Shown piece by piece: positions 19,691-32,559 of a DNA stretch of 64,000 bases (positions are counted from its first letter, which is position 1; each line of letters starts with the position of its first letter). A program made the position numbers and the translations under genes. Under the pieces are notes generated by a model. It searched no databases. It was not told the origin of the DNA and worked only from the letters and a program-made list of their open reading frames with translations. Source of the DNA: an uncultured Gemmatimonadales bacterium (GTDB lineage: Bacteria; Gemmatimonadota; Gemmatimonadetes; Gemmatimonadales; Gemmatimonadaceae); NCBI GenBank assembly GCA_963707505.1, contig CAVPQB010000004.1, forward strand, positions 1,088,001 to 1,152,000, given 5' to 3'.

Positions 19691-22022
19691 GTGGCCGACG
19701 CGGCGCTGAAGCGCGAGGTGCAGGCGATCGCGCTGCTGCTGCTTGCGGTGTTTCTCGCCGGCGCGCTGATGCTGCACGGTTGGAGCGAGATGCGCGGTGT
19801 ACCAGCGTGACGGCCGGAAGCTTCGGATGGGTCGGGGCGATCGCTCGCGCGCGCGCTCGATCGCGGTGTTCTCGGCTGGCTCGGCGCCGTCGCTCCTTCC
19901 GATCGCGCTCGCCGTGCACGCACTGCGTGTGTTCGGCCGCTCGAGCGGAGGCCGGGATCGCTCGTGGCTCATCTTCCTGCTCGGCATGGTGATCGTGCTG
20001 CCGTTCGGTGTGGCGCTTGCGATGGGTGCAACCCGCGACGACAACGTCGTCTCCGGAGTCATCGGCGGCATCACCGGCCTTCTACACGACTGCAGCTCAC
20101 GGGACCGGTCGGCGCCTGGCTGCTTTTCGTGCTCGCGCTGAGCGTGCTCACGGCCGCGACGCTGTCGTGGAATCCGATTCGCATGCTCGTCGGGCGGCGA
20201 GGTAAAGCCGGTCGTCGCTGGACCGGAACAGGCGGCAGCGCTCGACGACACGTACAATCCGCCTCGCGTGCGCAAGCAGAAGCTGCTCGCGCAGCAACTC
20301 GAGCCGAACCGGAAGAGATGCCTGTGATCGACGAGGCGCTGTCTGCGCCGTTCGAGCTGCGCAAGGACAGGAGCCGACGCCGCCGCGGCAAGGATCGCGA
20401 CACGGCAGTCAGCCGAAGATCGTGTCGCCGCGGCAATCGAGGCGAGCGACATGACGCATGAGCGATTCGACGATGAAGATCTTCCGACGCCGGATCTGTT
20501 GACAGCGCCGGCTCCGCGCAACATGCCGACGCCAACCGCCGCGATCTCGACGCCGCATGGGCAGCGAGCTGATGGACGCGCTGCGCACGTTCCGCGTCGA
20601 CGGCGAGCTGGTCGGCCGCACGACCGGGCCGGCCGTGACGCAGTTCGAGATCGAGCCGGCACCGGGCGTGAAGGTGCGGCAGATCGCGAATCTCGCAAAC
20701 GATCTCGCGCTCGCGATGCGCGCGCAGAGCATTCGCATCGTCGCGCCGATTCCGGGACGCGGCGCGGTTGGCGTCGAAGTTCCGAATCCGATCGCCGGAG
20801 ATGGTCGCGTTCCGCGAGCTGCTCGAGTCGCGCGATTTCCAGTGCGCGCGCGCCGCACTTCCGATCGCACTCGGCAAGGATCTCGAGGGCAGGCCGGTCA
20901 TCGCCGATCTCGCGAAGATGCCGCACCTGCTGATCGCCGGCGCGACGGGGTCCGGCAAATCGGTCTGCGTCAACACGCTCATCACGAGCCTGCTGTATCG
21001 GCACACGCCGACGACGCTGCGCTTCCTGATGGTCGATCCGAAGATGGTCGAGCTGTCGGTGTACAACACGCTCCCGCATCTGCGGCACAAGGTCGTCACC
21101 GACAATCGCGACGCGGCGGCGGTGCTCAAGTGGGCGGTGCTACGAGATGCAGGATCGTTACGAGCTGCTCGCCGCGAACGGCGCGCGCAACATCCAGGAC
21201 TTCAATCGCAAGGTCACGGAAAAGGCGCCGCTCAAGACGCCCAAGACGCCAGACGTCGCGTTCGAGGACCTCGAGTACAAGGACGGCATGCTGCCGTACA
21301 TCGTCGTCATCATCGACGAGCTCGCCGACCTGATGATGACGGTGCAGGGCGAGGTCGAGACGCCGCTCGCGATGCTGGCGCAGAAGGCGCGCGCGATCGG
21401 AATCCATCTCATTCTCGCGACGCAGCGTCCGAGCGTGAACGTCATCACCGGTCTGATCAAGGCGAACTTCCCGAGCCGCATCGCGTTTCGCGTCGCGAGT
21501 CAGATCGACAGCCGCACGATCCTCGACGGAATGGGCGCGGAGTCGCTGCTCGGCAACGGCGACATGCTGTTCATTCCGCCGGGCAAGTCGGAGCCAGCGC
21601 GTCTGCAGGGCGCGTATCATCTCGAGCGAAGACACCGAGCGCCTGATGGGCTGGTATCGAGGCGAGCAAGAAGGCACGCGCGCTCGGGCGCTGCGGCGTC
21701 GTCGATGAAGCGCCGAGCGAGAGCGACATTCTCGAAGCGGTGCGCGAAACTGGAAGCCGAGCGCGCTGGCGGCGGCGAGGACGGTGACAGTGGCGATGAC
21801 GGCGATCGCGACAAGCTGTTCCGCGAGGCCGCCGAGATCGTGATCCAGCACCAGAGCGGATCGACGTCGCTGCTGCAGCGACGTCTCAAGATCGGCTACG
21901 GCCGCGCTGCGCGAATCATGGACCAGCTGCAGCTCGCCGGCGTACTTGGTCCTTCCGACGGCCCTCGCGGGAGAGACGTGCTCGTCGGACTCGAAGATCT
22001 GGAGCGGATCGCGCCGCGGTAG
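19691..22022 (+). CDS. ftsK: DNA translocase FtsK (many indels)
   Basis: N-terminal TMs; [60 protein letters not shown]; gamma domain [19 protein letters not shown]. Confidence 0.93.
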
Positions 22023-22028
22023 TGTGCA

Positions 22029-22060
22029 TCGTCACCCGCCGCCTTCGGCGAGGATGACGA
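22029..22060. terminator. GC-rich hairpin between convergent ftsK and the small ORF
   Basis: TCGTCA-CC-CGCCG-cctt-CGGCG-a-GG-a-TGACGA imperfect stem; no clear U-tract. Confidence 0.4.
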
Positions 22061-22072
22061 CGAATCGGCTTC

Positions 22073-22282
22073 TCAGTCGCCGCGCGGCTTGAGCAGGTCG
22101 CTTGCGCGCAGGCCATGGTACTCCTTCTGCTGCGCCTCCACCCAAACGTTGTACACGTACGGATCGCCGCTTCCGCCGCCCTTGTCGTCGGCCATCTTCT
22201 CGAAGCTCTTCGTGATTCTGCCGAGAGGCTTTCCCGGAACGCTCACGATCCGGACGTGGTCTCCAACTACGATACTTGCCAT
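22073..22282 (-). CDS. Small hypothetical protein (69 aa, possible SH3-like barrel)
   Basis: Fills the gap between ftsK and yraN; GC3-rich codons; MASIVVGDHVRIV...GRIT...YVYNVWVE...ASDLLK pattern. Confidence 0.6.
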   Translation of the reverse strand: MASIVVGDHVRIVSVPGKPLGRITKSFEKMADDKGGGSGDPYVYNVWVEAQQKEYHGLRASDLLKPRGD

Positions 22283-22421
22283 CCGAAAAAAACTAGCGAC
22301 AGTGGCCGTTATGCGCGCCTGCGAGTGTCTGGCGATTCCGAAATACATCGGTGCAGCGATTTGATCGCGCGCGAGTAGCCAGGCTACGCCGCTCTCGAGG
22401 GCGCGATGCTAAACTCGTCTC

Positions 22422-22814
22422 ATGCTGACCGGACGACAGCGGCTGGGGATCAAAGGCGAGTCGATCGCTGCCAGGTGGCTCGTGCTGCGTGGGTGGGAGA
22501 TTCTGGACCGACGGTTCCAGAGTGGCCATCGCGATCTCGACCTTGTGGTTTGCAAGCCGGAGGAGGGCAGTTCGGCTCGACTTGTCGCTTTCGTCGAGGT
22601 CAGGACTCGATTTTCGACGGATTTTGGGACCCCTGCCGAGACAGTCGGGTGGAAGAAACAGCGTGAGCTGGCGAGGTCGGCGCGTGCCTGGATCGCGTCG
22701 AACAGGCGTTCGGGCGATCAGTACCGGTTTGACGTGGTGGGGGTGATAGTGGGCGAGGCTCGGGTGCAGATTCAGTATGTGCCGGACGCTTTCTGGTTGC
22801 GCTCCTTCGGTTGA
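22422..22814 (+). CDS. yraN: YraN family putative endonuclease
   Basis: [35 protein letters not shown]. Confidence 0.9.
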   Translation: MLTGRQRLGIKGESIAARWLVLRGWEILDRRFQSGHRDLDLVVCKPEEGSSARLVAFVEVRTRFSTDFGTPAETVGWKKQRELARSARAWIASNRRSGDQYRFDVVGVIVGEARVQIQYVPDAFWLRSFG

Positions 22815-22956
22815 TTTTCGGTCTGTTATTTCGTATTTTGTTCGGGGCCTCTGTGGTGCGAAAGAACCTGGGGAATCCCGGCGGTTTTGCCCGGAAACAC
22901 GAATCCGGATCGGGCAGTCCGGAGTTATCTTACATCAGCAAAAGGAAAAGGGACCA

Positions 22957-24009
22957 ATGGGTGCTTCCACCATGCAGGACGACAAGAAGAAGGCGTTGAA
23001 CCTCGCGGTGGCGCAGATCGAGAAGAACTGCGGCAAGGGTTCAATCATGCGGATGGGCACGAGCACCGCTGGTGTGCGCGTTGACTCGATCTCGACGGGC
23101 GCCATCAATCTTGATGCGGCGATTGGAATAGGTGGTATTCCAAGAGGACGAGTGACCGAGATCTACGGTCCGGAATCGAGCGGCAAGACGACGTTGTGTT
23201 TGCACGTCGTTGCGAATGCGCAGAAGAACGGCGGCGTCGCTGCCTACATCGATGCGGAGCACGCGCTCGATACGGAATACGCGTCCAAGCTCGGTGTGGA
23301 TGTGGAGAACCTCCTGGTCTCGCAGCCTGATACCGGCGAGCAGGCGCTCGAGATCTGCGAGATACTCGTGCGCTCTGGCGCGGTTGACGTCGTGGTGATC
23401 GACTCGGTTGCGGCGCTCGTTCCGAAGGCTGAGATCGAAGGTGACATGGGTGACTCGCATGTCGGTTTGCAGGCACGATTGATGAGTCAGGCGCTTCGCA
23501 AGTTGACTGGCGCGATCGCACGATCCAACACGTCGGTGATCTTCATCAACCAGCTGCGTGAGAAGATCGGTGTGATGTTCGGCAATCCCGAGACGACGAC
23601 CGGTGGAAAGGCGCTCAAGTTCTACGCGTCTGTTCGTCTCGACATTCGCCGCATCGGGCCGGTAAAGGACAAGGAGGACGTGGTGGGATCGCACGTCCGC
23701 GTGAAGGTCGTGAAGAACAAGGTCGCCCCGCCGTTCAAGCAGGCTGAGTTCGACATCATGTACGCGGAAGGGATCAGTCACTCGTCGCTGGTGCTGGATA
23801 TTGCCGCCGAGAACGGCATAATTGACAAGTCGGGCGCGTGGTACAGTTATGGCAGTCAGAGGATCGGGCAGGGTCGTGAGAACGCCAAGCTCTACCTCAA
23901 GGACAACGCTGCCTTGATGTCCGAAGTAGAAGTAAAAGTGAAGGCTCTGCTTGGAATTACCGCTACGACAGCGGTCGCAGCGGAGCCCGAGGCGGTCGAA
24001 GAGGTTTAA
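22957..24009 (+). CDS. recA: Recombinase RecA
   Basis: [53 protein letters not shown]; purine-rich RBS before ATG. Confidence 0.99.
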   Translation: MGASTMQDDKKKALNLAVAQIEKNCGKGSIMRMGTSTAGVRVDSISTGAINLDAAIGIGGIPRGRVTEIYGPESSGKTTLCLHVVANAQKNGGVAAYIDAEHALDTEYASKLGVDVENLLVSQPDTGEQALEICEILVRSGAVDVVVIDSVAALVPKAEIEGDMGDSHVGLQARLMSQALRKLTGAIARSNTSVIFINQLREKIGVMFGNPETTTGGKALKFYASVRLDIRRIGPVKDKEDVVGSHVRVKVVKNKVAPPFKQAEFDIMYAEGISHSSLVLDIAAENGIIDKSGAWYSYGSQRIGQGRENAKLYLKDNAALMSEVEVKVKALLGITATTAVAAEPEAVEEV

Positions 24010-24024
24010 CCTCTCTCGGTCCAT

Positions 24025-24118
24025 AAACGGATGTGTCGCCGAGTTGGTGCGGTTTGTAGGAGATGGGGCCCGGACTCCCCGCCTAATGCGAATCGTATCG
24101 GCTCGGCGACTGTCGTTT
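24025..24118 (+). other. Long G.U-rich RNA hairpin in the recA-recX intergenic region
   Basis: 24035-24058 pairs with 24087-24110 over 24 contiguous positions, 7 of them G.U; additional basal and apical stems. Confidence 0.7.
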
Positions 24119-24131
24119 CCGGGTAACAGCT

Positions 24132-24596
24132 GTGGCGCAGACGCCATATAACCGCGCACTGGACCTCCTCTCCGCACGACCCTACACCGTGCGCCAGTTG
24201 CGTCGCAAGCTCGTTCAGAAGGAAGTACCGGCCGATGAGGCGGACGCTGTCATCGAGCGCTTGCTCGGTGCCGGTCTGCTGGACGATGAGCGGTATGCGC
24301 TTGGCTATGCACGGTCCAAGCTCGTGGGGCAGGGCTCGTCGGCGCGCCGGATATCGCAGGACCTCGCTCGGAAGGGTGTGAGCGCCGAACTGAGCAAGCA
24401 GGCCATCGAGCAGGTAGTAATCGATGAGGAGATCGACACGCGCGCCGTAATCGAGCGAGTGGCGCGCAAAAAGCTCGCGTCAATGGGCGATCTGGAGCCG
24501 GTTGTACTGCGCCGCCGATTGTTCGCGTTCCTGGCGCGACGCGGATATGAGATGGACGAGATTCGCGAAGTCGTCGCTGCGGTGGGGAAGACGTAG
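24132..24596 (+). CDS. recX: Regulatory protein RecX
   Basis: ALDLLSARP, GLLDDERYA, RISQDLARKGV, FLARRGY; downstream of recA. Confidence 0.92.
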   Translation: MAQTPYNRALDLLSARPYTVRQLRRKLVQKEVPADEADAVIERLLGAGLLDDERYALGYARSKLVGQGSSARRISQDLARKGVSAELSKQAIEQVVIDEEIDTRAVIERVARKKLASMGDLEPVVLRRRLFAFLARRGYEMDEIREVVAAVGKT

Positions 24597-24637
24597 GGCG
24601 AGAGTGTGGACTCAGCCTGTCTATATTTCAAGGCTAT

Positions 24638-27351
<2,714 letters not shown>

Positions 27352-27355
<4 letters not shown>

Positions 27356-27699
27356 CGGCGGCGCAGGAATCTTTTGGAGCGTGGCTGGATGGCAAGCTCG
27401 AATCCGTGCCGCAGGAGCTCGCGGTGCGCATCCGGGCCGTGCTTCCGTCCGACTGGCGCAACGCGGCAACGGTAGACGCGCCCGCGTTACTGACGGATGC
27501 CGCGTCGTGTGAGCTTCGGGGACTGCTTGAGCGCGGATGCGAGGAGCGTTGGGCGGCGCCTGGATTGCTCGTCGTGGATGCGCTCATTACCTATGCGTGC
27601 GAGCTCGTCGCACTTTCCGGCGGTGATATGGAAGCCGACTCGGTCACAATTCTCAATGCGATTGCGGCGACGTTGCCACCGGAGGAGTCAGCCACGTGA
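27352..27699 (+). CDS. Hypothetical protein
   Basis: GTGA overlaps with both alaS and the next gene; helical 115-aa ORF. Confidence 0.65.
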
Positions 27700-28664
27700 T
27701 CGTCATTCTGTTCACTGGTGGCACGATCGCAATGCGCAACGATCCGACGGCGCGCGGCAACACGCCTGCGCTGACGGGTGCGGAGATCGTGAAGGCGACC
27801 CGTGGCATCGACAATACGAGTGCGGTCGAGACAGAGGATTGGGGTCATTTCCCCGGCCCGCACATGAACGTCGCACGTATCTGGGCGCTACGGAATCGCA
27901 TCGCGGAGCATCTTGCCCGCGACGAAGTTGCGGGTGTCGTCGTCACCCATGGCACGGACACGCTCGAGGAGTCGGCGTACTTCGTGGCACGCGCGCTGTC
28001 GTCGCCCAAGCCAGTCGTGTTCACCGGTGCTATGCGCACGCAGAGCGACCTCGGCTGGGACGGACCGGCGAATCTGTTTGAAGCAGTGCACGTAGCAGCG
28101 AGCCCTGCGTCGGTGGGGCAGGGTGTGATGGTGGTTCTGAGCGGGCAGATTTTCACGGCACTCGACGTTACCAAATCGAATACTCAGCTGCTCGATGCGT
28201 TCGAGAGCCCGGGGTTGGGTCCCATCGGATATCTAGATGAAGGCGAGGTTATCTTCCGGCGCGAGCTGCCTGCGTTGATCCCGCCGATCATACCAGTCAC
28301 ACCGGCGACCCCGGTCGATATTTTCTTCGCCTCTGCCGGATGCGACTCTCGACTGCTCGATGCGGTGCGCGATGAGTCGCGGGGAGCGGTGATCGCGGCG
28401 ATGGGACGCGGTAACGTGCCGCCGGAAATGGTGCCGGGGATTGGTCGTTACATCGCCGATGGGAAACCTGTCGTGATCACTTCGCGCACCGGCGGTGGAC
28501 GCGTAGGTCACACTTACGCGTATCCCGGTGGCGGGCGCACGCTGGAAGACATGGGAGCGATACTGGCCGGTTCCCGTCGTCCGCAACAGGCTCGCATCGA
28601 TCTCATGCTGGCGCTGGGCGCCGGTGTCAGCGACGGGGAATTGCGCGCACTGTTCTCGAGCTGA
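27696..28664 (+). CDS. L-asparaginase family protein
   Basis: FTGGTIAM, VVTHGTDTLEESA, PVVFTGAMR, DGPANL. Confidence 0.92.
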   Translation: MIVILFTGGTIAMRNDPTARGNTPALTGAEIVKATRGIDNTSAVETEDWGHFPGPHMNVARIWALRNRIAEHLARDEVAGVVVTHGTDTLEESAYFVARALSSPKPVVFTGAMRTQSDLGWDGPANLFEAVHVAASPASVGQGVMVVLSGQIFTALDVTKSNTQLLDAFESPGLGPIGYLDEGEVIFRRELPALIPPIIPVTPATPVDIFFASAGCDSRLLDAVRDESRGAVIAAMGRGNVPPEMVPGIGRYIADGKPVVITSRTGGGRVGHTYAYPGGGRTLEDMGAILAGSRRPQQARIDLMLALGAGVSDGELRALFSS

Positions 28665-28670
28665 GATCGC

Positions 28671-29954
28671 ATGCCGCTGATGCAACCGCCAGAAACCGTG
28701 GTCGAGATCACGCGAGTACTCGAAGCCGCAGGTTACGAGGCCTGGTGCGTTGGTGGCGGCGTGCGCGACGCATTGCTCGGCATCCCCAATCTCGATTGGG
28801 ATCTTACTACCAGTGCGAGGCCATTGCAGGTTCGCAAGTTGTTCAGACGCACGGTACCGGTCGGAATCGAATTCGGGACAATCGGCGTACTGGATGAGAC
28901 GAATGTCATGCACGAAATCACGACGTTCCGGTCCGACGTCGAAACCGACGGACGGCACGCCGTGGTCAAGTTCGGCGAATCTCTCGACGATGATCTCGCG
29001 CGGCGCGACTTCACCATCAATGCAATCGCGTATTCCCCCTCGCGCGACGAACTGCGCGATCCGTTCGGAGGTCGACGCGATCTTGCCGAGCGCGTTCTCC
29101 GCGCGGTCGGTGTCCCGAAGGAGCGCATGCGTGAAGACAGATTGCGCGCTCTCCGTGCAATTCGGTTCGCGTCGCGTTTTGGTTTCACGATGGACCCGGC
29201 CACATGGCAGGCGATTCTCGTGAGCGCGCCGCACCTCGGCAGACTGTCACCCGAGCGTGTGCAACAGGAGATCGTCAAGACGATGAGTCAGGTTGCGTTG
29301 CCGAGTGCCGCGTTCCGCATGTGGCGTGAGAGCGGCGCGTTCGCGGAGCTTGTTCCCGGCCTGGTGGGAATTACCGACATCGAGCTACTGGCGCTCGATC
29401 ATTTGCGCCTTCCGCGACTTGCCAGGCGACCGCAGCGGTTGCAGCTTCGTCTTGCCGGGCTCTTTTCCGCAGCTCGCCCTGGCACGGTGCTCGCCATGCT
29501 CAAAGCGTTGCGGTTCTCGAATGCGGATGCCGCGTGGATCGGAGGCCTGATCGAGCGGTGGCACGACATGGGGCGCGGAATGAAGAACGAGCTGATGCGG
29601 CCCGAGCCGCCGACTGATTCACTCTTGCGTGCATGGGCAGGCCAGGCTGGCCGTACGCGGCTCGCTTCATTGCTGCGCATCGCAGACGCGCACTGGTGGG
29701 CCGAGCGAGAGCGGGGCCGGCCGGCACCATCGCGCGAACGGGTCGAATCCGTCTATCGCCGCGCGATTCGGATCGCTTATCGAGACCCGGTTGAAATCTC
29801 GGACCTTGCTGTTGACGGCGACGACCTTCAACGCATAGGTATCACGGGAAAGCGGCTCGGCGAAACGCTACGCGCGTTGTTGCAATACGTCCTTGAAGAT
29901 CCGAGCCGTAACACACCGGACGTCCTGTTGAGCCGTGCACGAGGACACGCATGA
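28671..29954 (+). CDS. cca: tRNA nucleotidyltransferase (CCA-adding / poly(A) polymerase family, class II)
   Basis: VGGGVRDALL, DWDLTT, DLARRDFTINAIA, EDRLRALRAIRF, LSPERV. Confidence 0.88.
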   Translation: MPLMQPPETVVEITRVLEAAGYEAWCVGGGVRDALLGIPNLDWDLTTSARPLQVRKLFRRTVPVGIEFGTIGVLDETNVMHEITTFRSDVETDGRHAVVKFGESLDDDLARRDFTINAIAYSPSRDELRDPFGGRRDLAERVLRAVGVPKERMREDRLRALRAIRFASRFGFTMDPATWQAILVSAPHLGRLSPERVQQEIVKTMSQVALPSAAFRMWRESGAFAELVPGLVGITDIELLALDHLRLPRLARRPQRLQLRLAGLFSAARPGTVLAMLKALRFSNADAAWIGGLIERWHDMGRGMKNELMRPEPPTDSLLRAWAGQAGRTRLASLLRIADAHWWAERERGRPAPSRERVESVYRRAIRIAYRDPVEISDLAVDGDDLQRIGITGKRLGETLRALLQYVLEDPSRNTPDVLLSRARGHA

Positions 29955-30484
29955 TCTTTCGCAGCCGTCCGCAACAGGCTACCGTGTGGCGTAGATTCCG
30001 CTCCGGTCACGACGGATTCACCTTCGAGGAATCCCGGGAAGGCTACTTCGAAGCACATGTCGCCGCGAACGCCGAGCGCGCGGTCGATCTGACACATCTG
30101 CTCGCGGAGCATCTTCCGCCGGCGGTTGACGTCGCGCTCACCGATCATCGTAGCAGGATCACGTGGACCGGTACCGACGTTGCGTTGCCCGATGTACGGG
30201 ATGCCATCGCGCGACTCAAGGTTCCACTCGCGACGTATGCGGGCGTGGACATCACGATCTTCACGCCGGAAGATCAACTGTCGTTGACCGCGGAGCTGGA
30301 CCTGTATGCGTTCGGCCGCAGTGACCGCTGGTTGTATCTACTGCAGGCGCTTGGACTCGAGCAGTACGGTGCGGTGGCAGAAAAGGGTTGGCGCGGTCAA
30401 CCGTGGGATCGCTCACCGGCCACAGTGCTTACGACGGCGCTCGTCGCCGCGGCTGAGCGGCTATCGCTCACACGCACGCCATGA
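29951..30484 (+). CDS. Hypothetical protein
   Basis: ATGA overlaps at both ends; 177 aa; no recognised motif. Confidence 0.7.
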   Translation: MIFRSRPQQATVWRRFRSGHDGFTFEESREGYFEAHVAANAERAVDLTHLLAEHLPPAVDVALTDHRSRITWTGTDVALPDVRDAIARLKVPLATYAGVDITIFTPEDQLSLTAELDLYAFGRSDRWLYLLQALGLEQYGAVAEKGWRGQPWDRSPATVLTTALVAAAERLSLTRTP

Positions 30485-31200
30485 GCATAGCCGCGCTGAT
30501 TGCGGCGATAGTTGCCGCGCTCGCGAACGTGGTCGGCGCCGCACTCGTTACGGGCCGGCGCGTATGGAGTCCGCGCGATCTCGACACGATGATAGCGTTC
30601 TCCGGCGGCTTCATGATATCCGTTGCGGTTGTGGACATGATTCCGGATGCGATTACGACGCACGGGGTAACTGCAGGCTGGATGGTTCTTATCGGATACC
30701 TCGCCGTTCATCTCACGCAACACACACTCGTACCGCACTTCCACTTTGGTGAGGAGACTCACCACGTCACCCGGGCGGTTGGAATCTCGGCCTTGATCGG
30801 GCTCATGCTGCACATGTTGATGGATGGCGTGGCGATTGCGAGTGGATTCGCCGCCGGCTCGAGTGTTGGAACGCTGGTAGTTGCTGCGATCATTCTGCAC
30901 AAGCTGCCCGAGGGATCGACGGTGTCGAGTCTGTTTCTGGCGGCGGGATTCAACCGGCAGAATGCACTTGGCGCGGCTGCGCTGCTCGGTCTCGCAACGG
31001 TAGTCGGTGCACTGCTCACCGTGACCTTTGCACCGCTGTCCGAATATGGGCTCGCACTGTCAGGCGGTGTCACGGTGTACGTGGCCGCGTCGAATCTAGT
31101 TCCCGAGTTTCAGCACAAGCATGGCTGGCGCTTTCCAGTCGCGTTCTTTGGTGGCTGCGTGGCGTTCGGCGCGGGACATGCTCTGCTGGCAATTGCCTGA
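30481..31200 (+). CDS. ZIP family divalent metal transporter
   Basis: FSGGFM, HFHFGEETH, LHMLMDGVAI, ILHKLPEG, LVPE. Confidence 0.9.
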   Translation: MSIAALIAAIVAALANVVGAALVTGRRVWSPRDLDTMIAFSGGFMISVAVVDMIPDAITTHGVTAGWMVLIGYLAVHLTQHTLVPHFHFGEETHHVTRAVGISALIGLMLHMLMDGVAIASGFAAGSSVGTLVVAAIILHKLPEGSTVSSLFLAAGFNRQNALGAAALLGLATVVGALLTVTFAPLSEYGLALSGGVTVYVAASNLVPEFQHKHGWRFPVAFFGGCVAFGAGHALLAIA

Positions 31201-31215
31201 TCGACCTTGGAGAAA

Positions 31216-32559
31216 ATGCCCAAGCCTCATCGCCGGAGATCCGAGCCGTCGCTGTTCGCGCCACCGTCGTCCGCACAACCGCTCGCGGCGCGCATGCGGC
31301 CGCGGACTCTCGACGAATTCGTCGGACAGGAGCACCTGCTCGCGGCGGGCAAGGCGCTGCGTACTGCGATAGAGCGCGGTACCATCGGATCGATGATCTT
31401 CTGGGGCCCCCCCGGAACAGGCAAGACGACGCTCGGCCGGCTGATCGCCCAGTACACCGATTCTGAGTTTGTCCCGTTTTCCGCGGTGACCGAAGGTGTG
31501 CCGCGAGTGCGCGAGATCGTCGCGGAAGCCGAGGAGCGCCTGGAGCGCGGACGCGCGACCATTCTTTTCGTGGACGAGATTCATCGTTTCAACCGCGCGC
31601 AGCAGGACGCGTTCCTTCCGCACGTCGAGCAGGGCACCATCACGTTGATCGGCGCGACGACTGAAAATCCGTCGTTCGAGGTGAACGGCGCACTGCTGTC
31701 ACGAATGCGCGTCTTCGTCTTGGAGTCGCTTACTGAAGGCGACCTTGTCGCGGTCATCGATCGTGCACTTCACGACGCGGAGCGCGGACTCGGTGCGAGA
31801 AACATTTCGATTGCGGACGACGCGCGCTCGGTGCTTGCGCGTGAGAGCGATGGCGATGCGCGTCGCGCGCTTACTGCGCTGGAAGCATCTGCCACGGACG
31901 TCGGAGACGGCGGCGTTATCACGGTCGATACGGTGCGTGACGCGCTGCAGAAACGGTTCGCGTTGCACGACAAGAGTGGCGAGGCGCACTTCAATCTGTT
32001 GTCGGCGCTGCACAAGAGTCTTCGCGGGAGCGATCCCAACGCAGCGCTGTACTGGGCGGCGCGAATGATCGAAGGCGGGGAGGACCCGATGACTATCTTC
32101 CGACGGTCGATCGCAATGGCTGCGGAAGACATCGGTGTCGCTGATCCGCAGGCACTGCAGCTCGCAGTTGCCGCGCGAAGCGCGTATCACGTCCTCGGAC
32201 CGCCGGAAGGTTACCTGCCGCTGGCCGAGATGCTGGTCTATCTCGCGACCGCGCCAAAATCAAATTCGGCGTACCGGGCGCTCGGCGCAGCGATGGACGC
32301 CGCGCGCGAAACGCCGGGTGAAGGTCCGCCGATGAACATCCGCAATGCTCCTACAAAGTTGATGAAGGAGCTCGGTTATCATGCCGGCTACAAGTATGCG
32401 CACGACAGCGAGGATGCGTACATCCCGCAGGAATATCTCCCCGAGAAATTGCGCGGGTCAGTCTTCTATCAACCCGGCCCGTTCGGATTCGAGCGCGACA
32501 TCGCGAAACGTCTTGCCTGGTGGGATGAGCTGAAGAAAAAGGCTCAGGATGGCGAATAG
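31216..32559 (+). CDS. rarA: Replication-associated recombination protein RarA/MgsA
   Basis: PLAARMRP, WGPPGTGKTT, DEIHRFNRAQQD, GATTENPSF, SALHKSLRGSD, LRNAPT-like IRNAPTKLMKELGY. Confidence 0.95.
   Translation: MPKPHRRRSEPSLFAPPSSAQPLAARMRPRTLDEFVGQEHLLAAGKALRTAIERGTIGSMIFWGPPGTGKTTLGRLIAQYTDSEFVPFSAVTEGVPRVREIVAEAEERLERGRATILFVDEIHRFNRAQQDAFLPHVEQGTITLIGATTENPSFEVNGALLSRMRVFVLESLTEGDLVAVIDRALHDAERGLGARNISIADDARSVLARESDGDARRALTALEASATDVGDGGVITVDTVRDALQKRFALHDKSGEAHFNLLSALHKSLRGSDPNAALYWAARMIEGGEDPMTIFRRSIAMAAEDIGVADPQALQLAVAARSAYHVLGPPEGYLPLAEMLVYLATAPKSNSAYRALGAAMDAARETPGEGPPMNIRNAPTKLMKELGYHAGYKYAHDSEDAYIPQEYLPEKLRGSVFYQPGPFGFERDIAKRLAWWDELKKKAQDGE

Noticed and set aside
16200..21720. 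Pseudogene cluster or programmed frameshifting in accB, accC and ftsK
   Set aside because: Essential genes with intact motifs; indels fall at varied, non-slippery sites, consistent with sequencing error
24025..24118. SRP RNA (ffs) or tRNA
   Set aside because: No conserved SRP domain IV (CAGG...GGAA...AGCA) and no cloverleaf or T-loop
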